Positions 53,792 to 64,000 of a stretch of 64,000 nt of DNA are shown here, piece after piece. Under the pieces are notes generated by a model. That model saw only the letters and a list, made by a program, of their open reading frames with translations, ran no database searches and had not been told where the DNA came from. The DNA comes from Rhizophagus irregularis (Eukaryota), in contig NC_089431.1 in the NCBI RefSeq assembly GCF_026210795.1, positions 496,001 to 560,000 of the forward strand. Reading direction: 5' to 3'. Each line of letters begins with the position of its first letter. The first letter of the stretch is position 1. A program made the translations under genes and the position numbers.

Positions 53792-55681
53792 ATGGAAATT
53801 TTGAATAAAACATCCAAAGAAAAACCAAGAAATTTATGGAAAGATTTTGATTGGAAAAAATATCAGGTAAATGCAATTTCACTTTATAATTTAGATATTA
53901 TGATTTAAATAATAAATAAAATATATTTTAATCATTTATTTAGTCTCATGTTACTGTTTCTTCTATTAATTTTGCCACTAAATCAGAAGAGATTGATGAT
54001 AGTGTAATTTATATGGACGATATAGAAAAAAGAAAAGAAGTATATGGTATATGTGGGGAATGTAACGAACCTGGCACAGGAGAAAAATGGTGTCAATCTT
54101 GTAATGCAAAAAGATTTGAAAAAAATTTTAAAAATTGGACTAGTGGAAATAAAGATATTGATGAATTAATACAACATTCACAACTTAATGCTGTACATTA
54201 TAAAACATGTCTTGAATGGATACCTTTTGAGAAATTTCAAAATGTCACTTATATTACCAGAGGAGGCTTTGGTAAAATTTATTCAGCTGAATGGTCTGGA
54301 GGTTATATTGGTTATTGGGATATTGAAAATCAAAAATGGATTAGAAGAACAAATTATAAAGCTGCATTAAAAAGCTTGGATAATTCTTCTGATATTAGTA
54401 TAAATTTTTTAAATGAGGTAACTAAATAAAAAAATTAATTTATCATGTTATATTTAAATTGACATTATAATTTTTATTAAATTTTGTTTTTTTTTAAAAA
54501 AAATTTTAATTCTTAGATCACATCTTATCTTCAGATTTATATTTGGGGTATTGTTTACTGCTATGGAATAACTCAAGATCCAAATACCAAAGATTATATG
54601 ATGGTTTTACATTATTGTAAAAATGGAAATTTAAGAAATTACTATCTTAATTCTAATGATGATACGAAACTTTATGATTTATCAAGAATTGCAAATGGAC
54701 TGTTAGATATCCATAATGCTGAAAAAGTCCATAAAGACTTACATTCAGGTAATATATTGGAAGGTGGGACTATGTATATAAGTGATTTAGGAATGTGTCA
54801 ACCAGCAAATAAACAAATAGTTAAAGAAGAAGGAATTTATGGAGTATTACCATATATGGCACCAGAAGTTTTACGTGGATATCAATATACAAAAGCAGCT
54901 GATATTTATTCATTTGGAATAATTATGAATGAGTTCCTTTCTGAAGAAATTCCTTTTAAAGATATTCCTCATGATCATATTTTAGCTATTAAAATATGTA
55001 AAGGACTTAGACCAAAAATTTCTGAAGATATTCCAAAATTTCTTGTAGATTTAATTATGAAATGTTGGGATGCTAAAGCAGAAAATAGACCATCTGCTAA
55101 AGAATTGGATCAAATATTAGCAAAATGGCATGAAGAATATATGAAATTCAATGGCGAAATTTATTCTCAAATGAGTGAATATGAAAAAATTAGAGAAATA
55201 AAATTTAAAAACAGATCACATGAAAATAAGTCTGAAAGTATTAAAACTCATCCTCAAGCAATCTATACAAGTAGACTTTTAAGTTTTAAAAATCTTCCAG
55301 AACCTGTAAATTCATCAGATTTAACATCTTTCCAAGTTAATTCAGGTAAATCTTCAATTTTAATTATGAAAAAATCTTATTCAAGTAAGTTTTAACAATA
55401 TTAATTTTTTTTTTAATAATAGATGATGTCTCAACAAATCTAAGTAAGTATAACCATTAATACTTTTTTTATTATAAATTCATATTTTTATTTTAACATT
55501 ATTTTATTATTTATTATATAGTTTCAGAATGCTTTGATGTTCAACTTAGCGAATCAGGTAAAATAATTTATTTGGAGTGATTTATTATTTTATTAATAGT
55601 TTCCCGTTCAATTCGTCTAATTTTATTTAATTATTACTAATAATAGATCTCAATGAAATTAATCAAGAAGAAGAAATTTGA
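53792..55681 (+). CDS. TKL kinase K6 (six exons, intact acidic tail)
   Basis: ATG 53792; ORFs 54013 and 54598; tail DDVSTNL-ISECFDVQLSES-DLNEINQEEEI, stop at 55681. Confidence 0.92.
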
Positions 55682-56949
55682 AAGATGAGACTTAAATTAT
55701 AGTTGGCTTTTTCGGGAATAGTCAGAATATTATTTAAAAAGATAATATTTAAAAATTTTTATTTAACTTAGTTCATATTTTTATTTACTTTTTTATATCT
55801 TAGTGGAAATTTTTATGGCAGAATCAAATAAGCAAAAAGAAAAAAAATAAATGTAAAATATCTTAGGGTCTTACGTTAAAAAAGAGACGTTCAACTTTGA
55901 TTACAAACGTTAGAAAGCGTTAAATGCTTGACAAATATTATTCTGATATCATGATAAAAAATTAATAGAAAATCTTGGGTTAGCTTGTCTATTATGAAAA
56001 CTTAAAATAGATCTCAAACAAACAAATAATTTTTAAATTCGTTATTAACTTTATATTTATATTTTAAAAGTGATTTATTTTTATATTTATTTATTAATCT
56101 CTTTTTTTTTTATTTGAATAAGTTTTTAAATAAAGTTATTTAAAACTTTAATTGATACATCTAAAATTATTTTTGTGGTGGGTTAAAATAAATCGTAAAT
56201 TTTCTTTCATGTGCAATCGGTATCCGCTGTAATCACCTCAGAAAAATATGAGTTCATTTATTATATAATTTCCTTTATTTTTTTTCCAATACAATAAGTT
56301 TAACATGATAGAATATATGTTCGCAATATTAAAGGACAAAAATAATAAATTGATCGAAACTCGGCCCAATAAGAATTTTTAAAGAATTTTATCTCACCTG
56401 CACTAATTTATCTAATTGATTATTAGCTAGCTTACTAACGAAAGTAAAGTATTGAATTATATATATAGATCAGGACTATCAGATCAAAATTAATAACTAC
56501 AAACAAAGAAAGAAGTGTTTGCTGATTGATATATTTCTTTATAAATGTCACTAACTAATTTTGCAATTGAAAAAATTATTTTTAATCGAAACGAAAAAAA
56601 AAATTATTTATTACAGGTATGTAATGAGTTTTACTTTTACAGAATAAAAATACCTTTGTAATATTAAACCAATTTGGAATAAAATATAATATATATACTA
56701 TTTTTTTTCAAAAAAGTTTAGTATAATAAATTTAGAAATATAATGCTAATCATTTTAAACTATATTAACGATATTAAGATTCACAAAAGTCAAGACATTG
56801 ATGTACTGTTTCAATGTATTCTAAACTGTTATTATCTGATAGATTAATTCATATTTCAAGTTATTATTAATACATATATGATATACCGTAACATACCTCG
56901 TCTCGCATCAAATGAATTTATTGAAAATAAAAATTTATTGAAGATTTAG

Positions 56950-57760
56950 AATCAAAGAACTCGTGTAAAAATTGCTTTTGAATGGGATTTTTTACAAAAT
57001 TTTGGAGCTTCTTATTTCATTCTTTTTTTTTTTTGAAAGCATTCCGATAAAATTAGCCTTTTTGAAGAATTTCAACATCTTTTCATTAAATTGACAAAAA
57101 AAAGAAATTTGGGTTTCATTTATAATTTCAGTCCAATTTCACTCAATAATCTTATAAATAAGATAAAAATTATTATGTTCATTAAACTTTGTTGTAAGTT
57201 CCCAAATAATCATATCTATATGTGAGATTTGATGAAATATAATATTATTATCACTTGTTAGGTTGTGATAATTTTAAGTCTGTAATTTTCCAATCTTCAG
57301 TCAATAACGTATTACCACTATGAATGAACATCTCGATGTATAAAATTATTAAATTATAAATTATTATCTGAAGCGTTAATAATTAACTTAAATAAAATAA
57401 TTTAATCCATTAAAAATATAAATTACCCATTTGGAATTTGCCATAAAATTCTTAATTTTTATATCCATGTAATAATAAACAAATATTTATAATACTCATT
57501 TAACCTTTCGTACATTTCATTATTAACACTCACTCTATTACTTATTTTTTATTATGTGAAATTTTTTAATAATCCAAAATACATTTAATGGATTTAAATT
57601 TGTATGATTATTTATCAATCAAATGTTTGATTATAATTGTAAAAATTCTTCCATAATACAATTTCCACTGGTTAATATTTGTAGTATAATTTTTAATTAA
57701 TAATGTCCTATTCTTACATTGGGATTGACTTGTAATTCCATAAATAAACAATACCTACAG
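56950..57760 (-). pseudogene. Heavily decayed TKL kinase
   Basis: Minus-strand remnants IYGIT (~57740), FIHRD..SGNTLLTEDWKITDL.LSQP (57260-57345), with frameshifts and stops. Confidence 0.7.
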
Positions 57761-59317
57761 CCAATAAAATTAAATGGACTTTTTATTCAAAGTTAATTCT
57801 ACTCAATTAAAAGAAATTCGATAACAATCTGTACAATACTCAAATAAATATAGTGGTTTAAAGTCTGTAAAAATCTTATGAGTACATTTCCCTAATAAAT
57901 AGTATTCATAAATTTTACTATGTTCAGATACACTCAAAGCATCAATTTACGCAATATTTTTGTTTAAAATTAAGCGTCTTATATTGGATCAAATAAATTA
58001 TTATATGAAGTAGATTATAGAAATTGAACGTAAAAATTATTATAATCTTGTTTATATTTTATATAAATACAATAAAAGTGAAATAATATGAAATTTTATA
58101 AATTCTATTCTTGCAAATATTGCAAAATAAAAAAAAATTTGTAAAGTGTATACTTATATTTTATATTGTAATATGAAATATAATTATTAATATTAGATGT
58201 CTAATAAAAATATCGGTCATTAAAATTCCACATATTTCTAAAAGACTGAACAATGACATTAAATAATAATCATTAAATAATATCTTTCCAATTCTTAGCA
58301 AATCAAAAAAACTAATGTACCACTAATGTACCACCTAGTTTGAAACATTCATCAAAACATTTCTTCTATTTTACTACTTACTAGCTTTGATTCAATTTGT
58401 CAATTTTATTATATTTTGTATAACAATAATTGGTGAAAAAAATAATGAGAAAATGAACTATATCAAGAAAAACAAAAAGAGTGTCGTTTCATCCATGAAT
58501 TTGAAATAGATCAATGTAATCAATTAAATGTTTCATTAAATAAAATTTGAATTGTAAATAATTTTAGACTTTTTTCGATCCCTAATCGAAATCGCTATAA
58601 ATAAATGATAGGATTACATGTTTTGGCAATACAAAGGGGCTCATTAAGTTTATTAAGACCTGCCCGAATAACCGATCACTATATTGAATCTCAAAAAGTT
58701 AACAAAAATTCGTTAAAATTTGATTTGGGATAACACGTGACATAAATCTCACTTTCCCCGGATTGTTGTTAATTTTAACCGATTAACCGATTCTTTCATC
58801 GATTAATCGTCTTAACGTTAATCTAATTTAACCGAGCCGGAAATAATGAAATCAATAATGAACTTACATAAAAAGTTCGATAATCATAATTTATGATCCG
58901 ATGTAGAGAGGCTTACTGCTGACTTACTGCTTTAGACATCTAAATCAATTCTAGTCTGTCATACATTGTACATAATGTGTTAAATAACGTCATTATCACA
59001 TAATCTTAAAAAACTTGTCTATTTCAAGATTGATGTCAATTATTCTCTTAGAGATATCTGATATCCCACTTAATGTCCTATAAAATTGTCGCATATAATC
59101 ACATTCTCACCTTTGTACTTTTGCTTTCAGGCGTATTTTAATACATTCATTTTTTTTTTTGTAATTAGGGTTAGTGATCATCACGCTTTTGTTCGGCATT
59201 TCCAAATGCATCATACAAAAGCGGTTACACACAATTTTTTTTAAAATAAAGGTTAGTATTGATTTAAATTTTCTAACTTATCCATGAATTGTTTCTCTGA
59301 TTTTTTGTTATTCAATT

Positions 59318-62300
59318 ATGGGAAATCGTTATATTGATGATGATGATATATATAATTTCGAAGAAAATGAAGCATTATCATGGAGACAACCGAATCAAAG
59401 AGAAGAGTATGTTATAAATGATCTTCCGGAATTTTTTTTCTTTCTTTTTTTTTTTTTTGAAATTTAGATTTTTATCTTTTCTTTTATAGAACAAACGTTT
59501 ACACAAATAATGAACGGAATCCACCAACTCAAAAAAAAATTGATATTTTGACTGAATTTGATCCGGTTAATACGACTAATAAGAATCGGTTGGTAATTTT
59601 TATTAAATTAATCATTTTATTTTCGTAAATTATCTCTTTTAATTATGAAAATATCAGTCATAGTGAAGGCTATGATATGAACGTATTTTTTGGCGAAGAA
59701 AAAGAAGCATTAAACTGGAAAAAACAGTATGGAGATGTTTCTCTGATGTATATACATATAAATATTGATTATTTAATGTTTTTTTATCTTTCATCCTTCT
59801 CAAAAAAATTTTTTTTTTTCTTTAAAATCATTATAGAGAAGACGATATTAATAATAACGAAAAAAAGGATGCACAGTCTCAAACAAGAGAAGAGATTATA
59901 GATGAGCTTGATCGGTTAGTAATTTTTTTTCTTACTTTTTTTTTTAATTTGATAAAAAGTGATAATAGTAAGATTTATATTTATTTAACCTTGTGGGTAC
60001 TCGTTATTAGCGAAAGTGATGACACAAATTTATATGAAGACATTGAAGCTATATGGCGACTACCGGTTAAAAAAGAAGAGTATACAGCCAATTTTAGTTC
60101 AACTGATACATATAATATATCTGAAAGCGTTCGGTTAGCTATTTTTTTTTTTCTTTGTTTTCGCAGAAAATAAATTAGTTTTCTCATTTCATATATGGTG
60201 TTTCCTAAAAGGCATAATAAAAACGATGATAAAGGTGATAAACATAAACGAGATTTAAGTGAGTTTGATCCATTTAATAAATCCGACAGGATCCGGTTGG
60301 TATTTCTTTTTTTTATTAGTTTTCCTTTTTTTTCCTGACATGTTAAAATTATACTCATCTATTTACATATTCTTTTTGCTTTGATAACTTGTTATCACAA
60401 TAGAGAAACCCGCCATAATAATAACGGTGATGTGCAAAATATAAATTTACTTGATGACGAAGAGAGTACATTAGCATGGAATAATCAAATAGTAACGTAT
60501 GTAAATTATTTTCTAGTCAATATACTTGAATGTATTGTTTTATTAATTTGATAATTAAATTTTTTTTCAAATTATTTTTTCTTCAAAAATCATTATAAAG
60601 AAAAAATAATGAACCCGTGGATGAAAAAGAATTAACATGGAAGCCTCAGAATCAAAAAATAGAAGTGTATGCAATATATTTGAACTCGTTATTACAATCT
60701 TTATTATTTAATGATAAAATTTTCATTCTAAATTGTATTTTCTTTTGAAAGTCATTTTAATGGAAATGGAAATATTGAGCACGAAAAGAAAGAAACATTA
60801 TTACCGAAACAACAAACTCAAAAAATAAATGAACTCATTATTGATTTTGATCCATTTAATGAATCTGTCAGGGATCGGTTGGTATTTCTTTTTTTTCTTT
60901 TTTTTTTTTTTTTGTATTTAAAATAATAAAATTTTTTTTCATTTTTCATAATCGTCTTTTTTTTTCTTTTCAAAGAGGAGAGAATATAGCCAATTCCAGT
61001 TCAATTAATAATATATTTGATATATCTGTTTGGTTGGATTTTTTTTTTCTTTTTTGACTCCACAGAAAAATTAAGTTCTTATTTTTCATATACTGATTTT
61101 CTCTTTTAATTCATTAGGGAAAGTTTCTACGACAAAAAAAATGATGCAGTCGATAATAAAACTCTAGGTGAAATACCTGTTCCAGTAAAGAAACATGCAC
61201 AGACTCAAAAAAAGGGGGAGATTATAAATGAGTTTGATCCATTGAGTATATTAGACACGATTCGGTTGGTATTTTTATTTTGTTTTATTTTATTTTCGAT
61301 ACCAGATTTATTATTTTCATTTTACTTATACAATTTCTTGTTGTTTTGTTAGAGAAACAAACCATAATAAAAGCGATAATAAATATGATATAAATTTACA
61401 TGATGACGATGAGATGGATGCATTAGAATGGAGGCAGCCTATAAAAAAAAGTGAAGAGTATGTAAATTATTTTTTAGTCAAAATACCTGATCGTATATTG
61501 TTATTTTTTTTTCCGGGTTAATAAAATAATTCTAATTGTTTTTCTTTGAAAAATTTGAAAGACATCATAGTATAAATGATGATGCAAATAATGAATACGA
61601 AAAGAAAGAAACTTCATCAAAGAAACAACATAGTCATGATGAGATAGTGAATGAGTTTGATCCATTTAATACATCCGACAAGAATCGGTTGGTTTGAAAT
61701 TAGTATTTATAATACTTTTCATTTTTTCATAACTTTTTTTCTTTGATTAATATGAAACTCATTATAATTAAAAATAGTTATGTAAATATGCAAGTTAATA
61801 AAGAGAAACCTGTATTATCGTGGAGAGATAATGAACAAGTAGATGATGGCCCTACGCGAAACAATAATCCTGACGCAACGTGGGTGGTAAATAATAATTA
61901 ATTTATAAAATTCTTCTCTTTGTGTTATAGTCTTTTGGTTTTTCTTGAAATAAGATTTTTTAAAAAATTTTTAAAGGGTCCTCCACAATTTAGTTCGCTT
62001 GAGATTCTTGGTGAGAAAAAGTCGCATTTAAAACGTATTGAGTCAAGCACAAATACGCATATGAATTATAAAAAGTATGAAGATGTAAGTACGCATGCTT
62101 TATTATGAACATATTATTGTCAAATTTCATCAATGATTTTAAATTATAGAAAATTGAAATAGAAATATGGGGATCATATGAAGAAATTGTGGAAGCTAAA
62201 AATCAATTGAATGAACATGTTCAAAGTTTGTTAGGAGGGAAAGGGTACGATCAAAGTAGAAAATATGATAAAAGGAATAGACAAGAATTTTATTCGGAAC

Positions 62301-64000
62301 CTGTTCCTATTAAGAACAAGCAGGAGCTTGAGTTGAAACGCAAAAAAGAACAAGAACTTGAGTTAAAACGTCAAAAGGAACAGGAACTTGAGTTGAAACG
62401 TAGAGAAGAACATGAGCTTGAGTTAAGACGTAAAGAATCGGAGTTAGAGGTAAAACGTAAAGAATTGGAGCTAGAGGTAAAACGTAAAGAATTGGAGCTA
62501 GAGTTAAAACGTAAAGAAGAACTGGAATTTGAGTTAAAACGTGAAGAAGAACTGGATCTTGAGTTAAAACGTAAAGAAGAACTGGAACGTAAAGAAGAAC
62601 TGGAGCTTGAGTTGAAACGTAGAGAAGAACTTGAACGTAAAAAAGAACTGGAGCTTGAGTTGAAACGTAGAGAAGAACTGGAACGTAAAAAAGAACTGGA
62701 GCTTGAGTTGAAACGTAAAGAAGAGCAGGAACTTGAACGTAAAAAAGAACAGGAGCTCGAGTTAAAACGTAAAGAAGAGCAGGAGCGTGATGATGAAATT
62801 TATTTACAACGTCCAGGTTATTCGCAAAGGTTCCCCTTCAATGAGTACTTTGTCTTTCCTACAACCGATATTCATATCTCTCGATTTATTGGAGCAAAAG
62901 ATGAAATTTTGAACCCAGTACGTACTAAATATAAGTGCCATATTTGGCATGATTCAACTCTACCAGGTTCAAATGTAAGTATGATTTATTCAATATTCAA
63001 TTTCTAAATTTTAATTAAATATGTCTAAATATTTTAGTTTTTTCTTTTCTTAGATAATAAAAATTGTTGGTAGTTCAAGGGAATCTGTAGATATAGCAAC
63101 AACGCGGGTCAAGAATTTGTTCATTAAAACACTTGCAGTATGAAATATAGTTTCTTGATCATTTCAAATTTACCACTTATTTATTCTAAATTAACGAATG
63201 TATTTTTCTTTTAGTCTAGATCTATTCCTCATGCAACGCAAGTAGCAGATAGTCTCTTAGGAGTTCATCATATTGTAGAACAACCGCATGAGCCTTGTGA
63301 GATTAGAATAGCGGATCCATCAGCTCGTTTCTATCTATACTATTTACCATTTTATGAACCTAAAGTTAAACTTATTAAACCAGTTTACATGCCATCAGAT
63401 TTATATTTTGATTTTTTTCATGAGTAAGCTGTTTTTTTATTAATAGTTGTAATCCAGACTTTATTAGATAATAACACGTATAATTTCAATTGACATCAGG
63501 ATTCGTGAGTCAAATCTCAAAAGGGTCGAGGACTCTCTTCTTAGAGCTTTGGAAACTGTCCATTTATTAGATGAAGAAATCAAAATGCGTGTTAGGTACA
63601 GTATGTGTATAATAGATTATGTGTTCATAAAGTTTATTTCTTATCAAAATTATTCGCATATACAGATTTGGTCATGTGTGTTTCACGCGTATCCCTCTAA
63701 CTAAAGATTTCAATAACGATGCAACATTAACTATTAATGAACTAAATGAAAAGGTTCTGAAAAAAACTCGTACAGAATCTAAATTTGCTACACGGTAATC
63801 ATTTATAATTAATTACTATTAAGTTATCATTATTTTTATAGAAATTTAAGAATTTTTTTTTTTTCCTTAGAATTGCCACTGAAGAAAGTCAATTGATTGG
63901 GTTAATTGAGGTTCTTTCCGGTAATGATCTAGGATGTTTTGGTTCCCCGAATCGAGAATTTAAGATTCACGCAACTCGTAAAACAAATGATAAAGAGTGG
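59318..64000 (+). CDS. Multi-exon protein: repeated (E/D)FDP and W-motif exons, two KH-like segments split by a charged helical repeat, unknown C-terminal domain (3' end outside window)
   Basis: ATG 59318 (MGNRYIDDDD); many short exons with CG|gttggt or |gtatgt donors; ILGEKKSHLKRIE and FIGAKDEILNPVRTKYKCHI resemble degenerate KH GxxG loops. Confidence 0.72.
62320..62790 (+). repeat. Coding minisatellite, ELELKRKEE (27/21/15-nt units)
   Basis: Repeated gagcttgagttgaaacgtaaagaagaa variants in ORF 62189-63007. Confidence 0.9.

Larger units (their letters stand above)
22370..56390 (+). repeat. Tandem segmental duplication units, each with one TKL gene plus flanks (approx. 22370-33950, 41005-46320, 46340-50600, 50610-56390)
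   Basis: The same intergenic blocks recur in the same order, e.g. tatggccacctaaataaattgtttat, ataccagctaccatatatac, gctgacaaaattgttgaatctgattggta and gaaactgcaatcgtatc. Confidence 0.9.

Noticed and set aside
14758..54370. Recurring +1-frame ORFs overlapping kinase exon 2 (14758, 16309, 48476, 54188)
   Set aside because: Start and length vary among paralogs; explained by codon bias of the main frame.
31008..55200. Diversity-generating retroelement explanation for NNY-type variable codons
   Set aside because: No reverse transcriptase or template repeat in the window; several variable codons are not AAY-derived; selection plus conversion is sufficient.

Overview
Very AT-rich, intron-containing fungal DNA. 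The gene families (expanded tyrosine-kinase-like [TKL] kinases with an N-terminal CxxC..WCxxC module, a Sel1-repeat kinase) point to an arbuscular mycorrhizal fungus (Glomeromycotina, Rhizophagus-like); this is an inference. The window holds a 29-repeat Sel1-kinase gene running off the left edge, an intact 8-exon ABCB/MDR transporter, a 2OG-Fe(II) dioxygenase, and six paralogous TKL kinase units on the + strand. The first two units can be spliced in frame into one pseudokinase-kinase protein. The last four are tandem segmental duplicates with mosaic sequence and hypervariable patches. Also present: ALG8 and GPAT pseudogene fragments, a dead kinase, many MITEs, a 2.9-kb long-TIR element, a 4.1-kb insertion with a 10-bp target duplication, permuted terminal repeats and an unknown basic ORF but no transposase/RT, and a multi-exon gene built from duplicated phase-2 exons plus KH-like domains running off the right edge. 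The best candidates for novelty are the diversifying kinase/Sel1 repertoire (including the tandem pseudokinase-kinase) and the 4.1-kb element. Exon boundaries and repeats were read by eye.
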